Shown here piece by piece: positions 52,566-64,000 of a stretch of 64,000 bases of DNA (within the stretch, counting starts at the first letter, position 1; every line of letters starts with the position of its first letter). The stretch lies in assembly GCF_003918875.1 (NCBI RefSeq), contig NW_025765980.1:1240001-1304000 (forward strand), read 5' to 3'. The DNA is from Haliotis rubra. Taxonomy: Eukaryota. The position numbers were made by a program, and so were the translations under genes. Below the pieces are notes generated by a model. The model saw only the letters and a list, made by a program, of their open reading frames with translations, was not told where the DNA came from and made no database searches.

Positions 52566-55500
52566 CTAAGTCTGTTGTTGTTGTTGCTGTGGTGGGGGCT
52601 GCTGCTGCTGCTGTGGCTGTTTCCCTGACGACACTGCCCCCATCCGTGTGGGGTCTTGTGATGGATAGTGCACCATATGCCTCATGTGTACCCCAGGGGG
52701 AGGCCTGATGGGCATGATGCCCGGAGGAGGGGGAGGCATGCGCATACCTGCAACAGTCAGAAGGGTTATTTACATTAAGAACAGAGGTGAGGTGAGGTGA
52801 AATTGGGTTACCAATGCCGCAGTGAAGCAGGAATACCCCACTCAGACACATTATACTGACTCTGAGCCGACCAGTCCTTGTTGTACCCATTAATGCCGAG
52901 CACCAGGCAGGGACCAACAAGTACCATATTTTAACGTCTGTTGGTATGACGCGGTCGGGGATCGAACCCGCGACCTTACGCTCTCCAGGCGGACGCTCTA
53001 ACCACTACACCACGGAGGCGGTCCCATTAAGAACAGAAATAATGATGATAACGATGATGATGATGATGATGAGTGAGTGAGTGAGTTTAGTTTTATGCCG
53101 CTTAAAGCAATATTCCAGCAATATCACGACGTGGGACACCAGAAATGGGCTTAACACAATGTACCCACGTGGGGAATTCAACCCGGGTCTTCGGTGTGAC
53201 GAGTGAACGCTTTAACCACTAGGCTACCCCACCGCCTCTGATGATGATGTGGACACAGTGAAATTCAAATACTGTGAAAATATCCGAATAAAAGACTCGG
53301 TCATTTCCAGACTGCCCCATATAGCTGGAATATTGCTGAGAGCGTTGTTAAAACCAACCCAAACCAATCCATAAACAGTCTAACAGACACAGTCTCCAGG
53401 CAGACACTCTGCCTACTACACCATGCTCTCTTATGAAGGGTTCACGATGGATCAAACCAGAGGTACAGATAAGCTGCGTATCTGCGTAAATTACACAAAT
53501 ATTTATGTGAAAACTCAATTACTATTAAGTCAATTGCGTACAAGTACGCTTGAATTTTTGTAAATACTCAATAAATGTGATCTCACATGCGTACACACAA
53601 AAATGTCAACTCTTAGCTTGCGTACCGGTGGATAGATAAAATAACTGAGGTATATTGAGAGGTTCTATTTCAGGACATGAACCTGGCAACTTGCAGTCTT
53701 TCTTATCGTTTCTGATATTACAGATCAAATATAAATTACAAACACTAACATTTAAAGTTTATTATATTTTTAAAATTAATAGAAAATGGCAAAATACCCA
53801 ATTGAGTTTAGGTGAGGTGAGTACAATTTATTTGGTTACTCAAAGGAAAATTTGGATACCCAATTGAGATGAACACAAGCGAGTACATAACTCAATGACC
53901 CAAAAAGTTATCTGTAGCTCTGATCAAACCTACATATATCAATTCATTATCCTACAAAAGAGTGATGAAAAGACTGATGCAAACTTACCCATAGGTGGTG
54001 GCCCTCTTGGCATGATGCCAAACGGAGGCATAGGTGGGGGCCCACGGGGCATCATCCCCCTGGGTGGAAGGGGCGGCAAAGCTGGGGGAGGGCCCTGGAG
54101 GTTGAAGAAGTTGTTGCCCAGTTCCTCGGGTTGGGGTGGTAGTGCTGAAATACACAGCATCAGTATTAGGTAACACAGACATTAGAGCCAGAACAGACAA
54201 TTTACAAACTTAACATAATGCACACATCAACTGTAAAAGTATTCCACCCACACATTCTTCTTACAGTAACACTTTGGTTTATCCTTATACCTATAAGCAA
54301 TGGTGTTGCACCCCTCGACCCAAAGTACAACCCTTTTACTTCAGTGTTTTAACAACTGCAATCATGATGTCCTCCCACACAACCCAAAGACTTCAGCATG
54401 TACCTATTGCAATGATGCTCTACCCCCACACAGCCCTACTAATGGGGTGACAACTGCTATAGCACTGCCCTGTAGTGAAGCTGATGAAGATCTGTGTTAG
54501 AATGGGTATTCAGCAACCCATGAGGCGACTTACGGGATTGGGTGGTCAGGCTCGCCAACTTTGGTTGACACATGTTATCGTATCCCAATTACGAATATTG
54601 ATGTTAATGATGTTGATCACTGGATTGTCTGGTAAGGACTTGATTATTTACAGACCGCTGCCATATAGCTGGAATATTGCTGAGTGCGGCATTAAACAAC
54701 AAAAACAACCCCCAAAAAACAACAACTGAAACTGATGCCCACACACCTCCTGGAAGACCAGGCACTGGCTCCAGCATCTGACCATCTTCCTCCTTCTTGC
54801 CGGTCAGCTGTTGCTGGCCCTGTGACCGACCCCACTTAATGTTCAGCCGACGGCCATTGATGATGAGCTTATTAAATGACCTCTCAGCTGCAGTCTCTGA
54901 TGATGGCCTTTCCGTAAACTGGACAAATGCACACTGCTGTTTTGAGACAACATTCACAGACCTAATCTCACCGAACTGGTAGAAGTGATCTCTGAAATAG
55001 ACAACAATATAATTTCTGAGCAAAAATATGAAATTATTTTTCCATGAAAGTATATGAAACAAATATGTGTTCACACTGATATAACAACTACATTAACCAG
55101 CAACTCTAATAACGAGTGAGTGATTGAGTTTAGTTTTACGCCGCACTCAGCAATATTCCAGCTATGTTGCGGCAGTCTGTAAATAATCGAGTCTGGACCA
55201 GACAATCCAGGGATCAACAGCATGAACATCGATCTACGCAATTGGGATACGATGACATGTGTCAACCAAGTCAGCGAGCATGACCACCCGATCCCGTTAG
55301 TCACCTTTTACGAAAAGCATGGGTTGCTGAAGATCAATTTTAACCCAGACCTTCACAGGTCTCGTATAACAGTGTAACCTGCACTAACATCATCCTCTAC
55401 TTAAGCATCTCATCACAGTTTATTGCCATACATACAGTCCAAGTATATAAACATCCATATATCGAAATACTTCAACATATACAACTAAAAATGTAGTCCA

Positions 55501-58500
55501 TGACCACCAGATTCCTGCTCATACTGCTACAGTTTATCTGTCTTGCAATGCTACATATGGAACTGTATCATTACTTCCTTTCCATTCAGCACTTTCAACC
55601 CAGAATCAAGACATGGACTAATTTGAACAAAGAAAGTGAATAAGAGACTTCAGCACTTTTACATCTGAATCAAGACATGGATCAACTGCAACAAACACAA
55701 TCAAGACTTCAGCACTTATTACTCTGAACTATGTCATTAGTAATGTGAAACAAAGGAATCAAGACTTCAGCTATTTTTCTCCAAATCATGACATGGGTTA
55801 CTTGAAACACAGAAAACTGAATCAAGACTTCAGCTATTTTTCCTCTGAATCATAACATGGGTTACTTGAAACACAGAAAACTGAATCAAGACTTCAGCTA
55901 TTTTCCCTCCGAATCATGACATGGGTTACTTGAAACACAGAAAACTGAATCAAGACTTCAGCTATTTTTCCTCTGAATCAAGACATGGGTTACTTCAAAC
56001 AAAGAAACTGAATGATGACTTCAGCTTGTTTTACGCTGAATCAAGACATGGGTTACTTGAAACAAAGAAAGCAGATGCCCCACTGACCTGAGATCCTGCT
56101 CCGTCACCTTGTCGCCAAGGTTACCCACATACAAGGTTGTGATAGTCTTGTCCTCCGGAGGTTCCAGTTTTGGCATGTTGGAGTATCTGTTCATCAGCTT
56201 GTCTGCCACAGGGTCGTTCATGCCGTAGAACCGGTCCTTAATGTTCTGATCAGCCAGAGGATCATCGGGATCAGTGGGTTTCTCATGACTGTGGAAACAA
56301 ACGCAACGGTCATCACAAGCTCAACATGGGCAACCAATCTGCCTTCACATACAGTAGTTCTGTAGTTGAATGAAACACTGAGACACGTATGCATGGTAAA
56401 TACAATTCTCATACTACAAACCAGCTTGAAGAGAGGAAAAGCGTGTGAGGTTCAAAATCCTTTTTGATATTTTAGAACCCAATTTGTTTCCACTGTTGAA
56501 CAATATTACTTGTAGAATTCACATGAAAGAATCAACAGCAAAACATGCAGTAGCCGTAATCAGTTGTCTTAATCTGAGGTAGATTATTGTGTTTTGAATT
56601 CCTTGAATAGTACAACAGCCATTTACTGAACACAAGACCTCAAAACCTATCCCACATATATGTATTTTTCAAATATTTCTGTTGTTTGTTAACAGACAAA
56701 TGTATCAAATTTACTGGCACCCACTGACCGGTATGGACACTCCTCTCCTCTCTTGCACTCCCCCTTGACCCAGAATGAGCAGATGTGTGGCCTATTCCTC
56801 TTGTAGTATGGCGTGGTCCTGGCCAGCTTCAGCAGCATGTCGCTTGCCGCCTGGGCCTTCCCTGCAAGTGCCCCCACTGGGCTGGTGCCATCACTGTTGG
56901 CAATCTGAACCAAGGGAGATTAACATTAAATCCATGACGAAGCATGTGAGAAAGAAAGGAGTGAGTGAGATATTTTGAGAGGATTGAGTGAGGTTGTGAG
57001 GGAGAAGAGAGTGAACAAGCCAGTTAGTTGGTGAGGGAGAAGAGGGAGGGGTGAGTGAGAGTGAGTGGGGAGGGGAGGGTGAGAGTTGTGGGGAGGATGA
57101 GAGCTGAGGGGAAGGTGAGAGTTGTGGGGAGGATGAGAGTTGTGGGGAGGATGAGAGTTTTGGAAGGATGAGAGCTGAGGGGGAGTGTGAGGGTTGTGGG
57201 GAGGGTGAGAGCTGTGGGGAGGGTGAGAGCTGTGGGGAGGATGAGAGCTGAGGGGAGGTTGAGGGTTGTGGGGAGGGTGAGGGTTGTGGGGAGTGTGAGG
57301 GTTGTGGGAGGGTGAGAGCTGTGGGGGAGGGTGAGAGTTGTGGGGAGGATGAGAGCTGAGGGTGAGAGTTTTGGGAGGATGAGAGCTGAGGGAGGGTGAG
57401 GGTTGTGGGGAGGGTGAGAGCTGTGGGGAGGATGAGAGAGTTTTGGGAGGATGAGAGCTGAGGGAGGGTGAGGGCTGTGGGAGGGTGAGAGTTGTGGGGA
57501 GGGGTGAGAGTTGTGGGGAGCGAGAGTTTGGGGAGGATGAGAGTTTTGGGAGGATGAGAGCTGAGGGGAGGGTGAGGGTTGTGGGGGGAGGGTGAGAGCT
57601 GTGGGAGGGTGAGAGTTGTGGGGAGGGTGGAGCTGTAGGGAGGGTGAGAGCTGTGGGGGGATGAGGCTGAGGGGAGGGTGATGGTTGTGGGGAGCGTGAG
57701 GGTTGTAGGGAGGGTGAGAGTTGTGGGGAGGGTTATGGGTTAAGTGAGGTTTCGAAGGAAGAAAGAAGAAGTAATGGGGGGGTGTGTACCAAGACTGAGG
57801 GGTGAGAGATGATTGGGTGAAAGCAGTGAAGAAGAGCGAGTGAGGAGAAATGAGTGAAGTTGGAAATGAGGAAGGAATGATGTTGGGAGGAAGGAAGAAA
57901 GGAGAGGGCAGTGAAGAACATACAAATGGAGGAAGGATACTAGAAGGAAGGAAGGAGTGAATGACTAAAGAAGGGACAAATGTGTGAGAGAATGAACTAG
58001 TGAATTGAAGATGTCATGACAGTTGGAAATCTCATCCAAGCAACATAAACTTTATAAAATATATCCTGAAATACCACAATGCTGAGTGAATAAAGTAGTT
58101 GAACAAGTTGGTGAGTGCTGAAAGGAGGTAGTTTGGAACAATCTTTTTCAGTTATATCACACCTGGACTAAGTTCTATCGTCTGATCAATACCACAGGTG
58201 CATTGTGGGACATTATCAATTCATTACCTTCTTATTTAAATAGATTTGGAACTGGTAGTTTGACATGAATCAAAACGCCAAAGACTCACTTCTCGTTCCA
58301 TATTCTGTGTGTAGTATTCCTTGTTGACGTCCGACTTGGGCATGTTGTCATAAGCTTTAAGAGCTGCATCTCTAACCTGGACGGGAAGACCTGAAACAAC
58401 ATAGATGTTGAACTTGAAAACAATGGGCAAAAAACAACAAGAAGGTGAATCACAAACCTAGTGCAAACATACATAACCTGGTACATCTTTCAAAGGAAAG

Positions 58501-60784
58501 ATTTGATTGCTAGTTCATATCTGATAACTTTATCATTGTACAGTTTTGTGTGCAGAACTTGGATTGGTTCCTATTTTGGCATTAAAATATACTGAAAATG
58601 ATGGCCATTGACAATTTGGGGTTACAAGAGTCTGACACTGCTATAGCCATGAAAGAGGGAAGCGCGCAGTTCATGTTTTTGATGAATTCTTTGATACACA
58701 TGAGTGAGTGAATTTAGTTTTACGCCGCTTTTAGCAATATCCCAGAAATATCACGATGGGAACACCAGAAATAAGTTTCACACATTGTACCAATGTGGGG
58801 AATCGAACCTGGGTTCTCGGCGTGATGAGCGAACACTTAACCACTAGACTACCCCACCGCCCCTTGATACATATGAAGTGATACACATAAAAGGTGAAAA
58901 ATTATGGAAGGATTAATGAAGGAGTAATGAAAGAGTAAGAATATACTCCGAAACATCATGTTCCTCAAAATAAGGTTGACATTATGACAACCATAGATTC
59001 TCACCCTTTTACTGTTCTTCATTAATGCAGTACAAGTTGTCTACAACAATGTTACAAGGTTTATGAAGGATTTCCATACCATATTCCAAGTCCAGGAGAC
59101 ATGTCTGGCAGACATTCTTTATTTTGCTACAGGTCTGACAGACTTCTGTCTTCTTGAAACGCATACGAGCACCAGGACACCATCGAAACACGGTGAAAGG
59201 TCGGGCACAGATCTTACATTCCTTGCCATACTTTTCTTTGGTCTGTGGAATGACGATGAAAATATAACATAATTTTAGAAACTAGTAAACAGTATAATAA
59301 GTAAAAAGAATGCATTAAGCGATGAAAACCGCTACAAAAATGTATCTCCACTTGCGCCAGGTTTGTTCCCAGTACAGGCTTTTTGGGTGGACATCAAAGT
59401 CAAATATACTTGTCAGCAAACATGGTGGCATAGTTTGGGCAAGGAAGGACACCTCTATTAAAATCTTGACATCTCTAAAACTAATAACCAACAATTCCTG
59501 ACCAGTCTGACTTTACATGTCTTAAATGACCTGCATGCTGATGAGAATGAGTGAGTTTAGTTCATGCCGCTTTTAGCAATATCAATCAGCAATGCATATT
59601 ATATGTCAGGGGACACAAGAAATGGGCCTAGTTTATACATTGTGCCCATGTCAGCAAACATGGGAATCAAACCCGGTCTTCATGTCTTAAATGACCTGCA
59701 TCAGTGTGACAAGTGTGAATGCTTTAACACACACACACCACTGCTGATGAGAATGACTTGGGTTTAGCATCCCTTTGATCAGTATTCCAGTTATATAACA
59801 GCATTGCAGCTTTATGTTGGAAGAAAGCCCAAAGTGATGACGTCTCACATGTTTACCACTTTCGTGACACCCACAAGCATGGGTATGTTGCTGACAAAGG
59901 AAAAAACCTTAATCAAAGCTTACCATTCGAATATATGGATTGTCCCCAAGACATGTTTGACATAAGATTGGAAATTCCTGCAAAAGAAAAGCACTTGAAT
60001 TAATGTTTACATACCCATATAGCCAACATATTGCTGACAAACAATAACTCACCATAAAAGAGTTGAAATGGGTTTTTGAAACCTTGACCTTAAACTCATA
60101 TCTATAACTCCTTAGATACCTCATTGAAGGAGGTCGTAAATAGGCTAATGATAGTATCAGAGTAACATATGTCAATGGTATTTCAAGGTAAAGAAAGCAT
60201 GTAAAACAAATCAAACACTGTAAATAAGTGGTAATTATGGAATAGCCTACTGATATCTAGATACATCTCACGAAAATCTGTGTATAAGATATTTATTTAC
60301 GTATATTATGGGTGGAGTTAGGGTTAAGGTAGACTACCTCTGACTCTAACCTGCTAACCTGAGCTGTTGGATCTTTGAATGAATATTGAGGCTCATATAT
60401 TCCATAGCGGCTCTGGATTCGTGAACCTACGATTAGGTATGTGGCTCAATACAACTGAATACTGAACTCCCAAACAGATAGTCCATAACATCATCAAAGA
60501 ATTCTAACTGACAAACGCTTAATTAATATGTGACATGTCTTTTGGGTATAGTCACTACTAGCCACACTGGGATTAGAGCTGTGAGAATCCACGCGTGCAT
60601 AAGCTCCTTCGTACACCTATCGTTTTAAATGGATGACCCGCCGTGGGCACTTGATTCACTCATGAAAATAACAGAAGCTCTTTCTATGCCGTAAATGGTC
60701 AGTGGAATCCATTAGAATGAGTAAACTTACAGCATCTTCCCAATTTTGACGATTGTACGTATTTGCTCCCTTGGACGTCGCCAT
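52566..60784 (-). CDS. RBM22: Pre-mRNA-splicing factor RBM22, 443 aa, 9 exons
   Basis: Exons 60784-60731, 59977-59924, 59242-59080, 58390-58290, 56904-56729, 56288-56088, 54991-54747, 54144-53989 and 52747-52566, total 1332 nt, all GT-AG. Motifs: [40 protein letters not shown] finger ([26 protein letters not shown]), RRM ([16 protein letters not shown]), Pro-rich tail, HYPSQDP.RMG. Confidence 0.97.
52786..53237 (-). mobile_element. SINE family C (52786-53023) and SINE family B (53071-53237) in the last RBM22 intron
   Basis: tRNA heads with A/B boxes; C matches 20448-20768; B is inserted in a (GAT)n tract. Confidence 0.82.
53458..53922 (+). mobile_element. ~465-bp MITE with 7-bp TSD
   Basis: ATCAAAC-CAGAGGTACAGATAAG...GTTATCTGTAGCTCTG-ATCAAAC. 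Confidence 0.9.
54473..54705 (+). mobile_element. SINE family A
   Basis: Family A consensus, diverged. Confidence 0.78.
55113..55360 (-). mobile_element. SINE family A
   Basis: Family A consensus. Confidence 0.85.
55585..56070. repeat. 64-bp minisatellite in an RBM22 intron
   Basis: GAATCAAGACTTCAGC recurs at 55819, 55883 and 55947; more degenerate units to the left. Confidence 0.85.
57040..57740. repeat. G-rich ~18-19-bp minisatellite in an RBM22 intron
   Basis: GAGGGTGAGAG(T/C)TGTGGG variants. Confidence 0.9.
58702..58863 (-). mobile_element. SINE family B
   Basis: Full length; flanks TTGATACACATGA / TTGATACATATGA. Confidence 0.85.
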
Positions 60785-60822
60785 TTTTCAAAGGAGCTTA
60801 CAAAAAGAATGATAACTTCCGG
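60776..60822 (-). promoter_or_regulatory. RBM22 proximal promoter/5' motifs: ETS site and YY1-type motif over the start codon
   Basis: CCGGAAGT at 60822-60815 and AAAATGGCG spanning the ATG. Motif match only. Confidence 0.4.
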
Positions 60823-62569
60823 ATGAAACAAATAAATTAATCATCCATTTTAATATGAGTCATTGAATAAACAATTGATATAAAATATCCACATATGCGT
60901 GTTAATGATACAACTTATTTTTAAACTTTAGTCGCTTCATAAAATCTATCTATAACTTCCTCTCATTCATAGTTACAAATCAATGTCCTGAAATATTTTC
61001 CGTGCCAACTTTTATGCATACCGTCATGAAAACAAAAACAAGTTGAGGAAATCTAGTCCTGTTGATACAAATTTCGACATCTCGTTGTTATTGTGTCGTC
61101 CTAGATCGACACAAATGTAACATTGTTAAGTATGTGACAGCATCGAAAGTAGCTGCTTTACAGTACCAGGTCAATACTGGAAAGTCTCTGGAACCATTTT
61201 ATATTTTGAAACTGTCGAAGGTGTTCACTGGTATTTACATCAGCTGGTCTGTTGCTTATGTCACTGTGATCAGGTAAATCTTTCCAGAATACAGCGCCTC
61301 TTCTAATTTCTTAACGGGATTGATAAATGTGTTAATACATCGTGTCTTAACTGTCATTTACACATTATTGGAATAAATTTAATTCCATGATCACTCTTTT
61401 TTCCCCTCGCATGCGTGATTCTCCCTGGTTGTTTTTACGACCTTATCTGTGTCAGCAAATCACCAATGTGAAACTTCGTATAACTTCGGAAATTCATTCC
61501 ATATCAAACTGACACACTTTGATAGAACTGTAATGCTGTTCATCCTGGATGATTAAAAGTCAATTAATTCTTTTTCTCAGAAGAAAGTCAGCAGAAAGGA
61601 GTGTCATCCTCATGAAATTAATCCATTGTTATTTTATCTTCATTCTTATATGATGTCAGTGGTAGGGTACAGTGTGTCATAAAACTATACATGAACTGAA
61701 ACAGTGCTTAATTTGAGTGGCATGGTATGGTAAATATCGAAATGGCAAGGATGAACTATTTTCATTGTGCCCTGGTGGCTTGACTAATACTCACTGTCAT
61801 TCATTACATGGATATTGCGATAAATTTGACAAACTTAAAAGATTCAAATCCTGCTTTTTGCACCTGATGAAACTGTTTATCGATGGCACTCTCAATCTTA
61901 CAACTTGGGTGTGGCCATTTTGAATGCCAGTGCACGTAACAGGAAATTCTGTTTTGAATGATAGCATTGTTTGTGGGTTTGTTTATGGATCCTGGACAAA
62001 GGAAGATGAACTATTCTTGCACTTAAGTTTACAGGTCCACTGATGTTTACTGATTTATTAAACAGTAAATTGAAATGACAAAATTGTTGTGATGTTTTAA
62101 GTTTAACTGGATCATCAGAAGGTACAGGGACACATATTTTCACAAAAGCACTCCTATTATATCTGTCTGGTGCCCAATGGCTAACTTAAAACAACTGCAT
62201 CCCCATCCCTGCTATAGTAGCAGATGGCCTGAGTTTATTTATCGTAATAATGGTAACTGAATGAAGAACACTGAATGATGCCATGCTAACAGTGCCAGTC
62301 AATTAAACTACACATAAATTTACAGAACAGAGTGACTGGTTTTATAACCGTGTTATTTGCTGGAAGTCTGAGGAAATGAAGGCAGCAGTTAAGAAAGTGT
62401 TTTTACTATATTATAATATCCAAGTAGGACTCCACGTTGTTACATTGCAAACTATCACTGAAAATAGTAGAACAAGTTCATCTCCAGTTTGATTCCATGT
62501 TTAAAGATTGTACGCTTGAAATGCAAACAAAATCAGTTTTTGAGAAACAGAGACCAGGGTTTTACATGA

Positions 62570-63135
62570 TGCGTAAATGTGAGTCCAGAATGCACAAATG
62601 TGGAGAATGGACACAGAAAAACAATTCACTGCATCCAGAGGGCTGCAAAATATTATTCATAGTACTCACAACGCATCTATGACTTTGCTAAGTGTTTGAT
62701 TGTTTCTTTCAGAGCAGTCACATGCATTATTTCACCCATCAGTCCACATGCTCAATGATTCATTCCAGGCTCCAAAGAAATGATCCAAATGTACACTTCT
62801 CTACACTGTTACTTCACACTGCCCTCCTACTGTCCACAAGGACTCTTGAAACTAATGATTGGGCATCCCCCGATACGTCCACGTTTGTGAGTCATTGCGT
62901 GATGTTCATCAACCTGGTCAAACTCATAAACTCAGGAACACATTCATGGTGCTGACAAACCCAGTAACTGCTCTGATGCCAGTAACTGCTCTGAAAGAAA
63001 CAACCAAACACTTAGCAAAGGCATGTGTTGTCGGTACTATGAATGAAATTATGTGGCCCTCAGGATGCAGTGAATTTTTTTTCTGCGTCCATTCTCTACA
63101 TTTGTGCATGCTAGACGCATATTCGCATGCCGCGT
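62570..63135. repeat. Diverged ~150-bp inverted repeat pair (62570-62718 / 62985-63135), probably transposon ends
   Basis: CTTTGCTAAGTGTTTGATTGTTTCTTTCAGAGCAGT vs ACTGCTCTGAAAGAAACAACCAAACACTTAGCAAAG and further matches. Confidence 0.75.
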
Positions 63136-63514
63136 TAAACCCTGCAATGGTGTATCTAAAAGGCATCAAGACTTAACCCAACAAACTCATTGAAATATGA
63201 AGTTTTCACCTTTCAGTTCGTGCTGTGAAGACCACTTTTGACTGCATGAAGATGTCTAATAGAGGAGTGCTGAGTCTGCGCTTTAACCAGGACTATGGTA
63301 TGGTCATGTTGATCATAAATCATTATCTAATGTCATGTTTACAAGATTCACAGCATTCAGTTTGACGAGAGGTTGGTGATATGACCATAAAACATATGCT
63401 CATAACTGAATGAACAACAAATTTTGAGGGACAGTGTATACTTGTTTTTATCAAGCCTCTCATAAATTAAGACTGTTTCCATGTTTGGGGTAAAACCTGA
63501 TCATTTCTACTCTG

Positions 63515-64000
63515 AAGTGTAAACACATGTCTGTGTTGTTTTTTAAAGTGTGAACACATGTCTGTGTCTTGTTTTAAAGTGTGAACACTTGTCTGTGTCT
63601 TGTTTTAAAGTGTGAACACTTGTCTGTGTCTTGTTTTAAAGTGTGAACACATGTCTGTGTCTTGTTTTAAAGTGTGAACACATGTCTGTGTCTTGTTTTA
63701 AAGTGTGAACACATGTCTGTGTCTTGTTTTAAAGTGTGAACACATGTCTGTGTCTTGTTTTAAAGTGTGAACACTTGTCTGTGTCTTGTTTTAAAGTGTG
63801 AACACATGTCTGTGTCTTGTTTTAAAGTGTGAACACTTGTCTGTGTCTTGTTTTAAAGTGTGAACACATGTCTAAAGTGTCTTGTTTTAAAGTGTGAACA
63901 CTTGTCTGTGTCTTGTTTTAAAGTGTGAACACTTGTCTGTGTCTTGTTTTAAAGTGTGAACACATGTCTGTGTCTTGTTTTAAAGTGTGAACACTTGTCT
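63515..64000. repeat. 31-bp minisatellite running off the window end
   Basis: TGAACAC(A/T)TGTCTGTGTCTTGTTTTAAAGTG, period 31. Confidence 0.95.

Noticed and set aside
52459-52920. 153-aa minus-strand ORF
   Set aside because: Wrong-frame read through a SINE and the last RBM22 exon; the true frame ends ...[11 protein letters not shown]...QQT*.

Overview
Eukaryotic, intron-rich and repeat-rich animal DNA. The SINE/MITE content looks molluscan (possibly abalone-like; this is inference). Three spliced protein genes could be rebuilt exon by exon from splice signals: BLOC1S2 (+, 5099-8221, first exon not located), the histone variant macroH2A (-, 32882-20168, 384 aa, macroH2A1.1-type ADP-ribose pocket) and the splicing factor RBM22 (-, 60784-52566, 443 aa). 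The rest is SINEs, MITEs, decayed LINE/Tc1/Harbinger fragments, minisatellites, a 5.4-kb 49-bp satellite and three short N blocks. The main discovery candidate is in macroH2A: two intact, paralogous 175-nt macrodomain exons (7A 23049-23223, 7B 22405-22579) with identical phases that frameshift if both are included, i.e. mutually exclusive exons at a different position from the vertebrate macroH2A1.1/1.2 pair. The choice changes the residue right after the GSG phosphate-binding loop (Asn vs Arg). Complementary intronic segments flank exon 7A, a hairpin sits before the 7B branch region, and an intronic minisatellite is built from copies of the upstream exon's own donor site.
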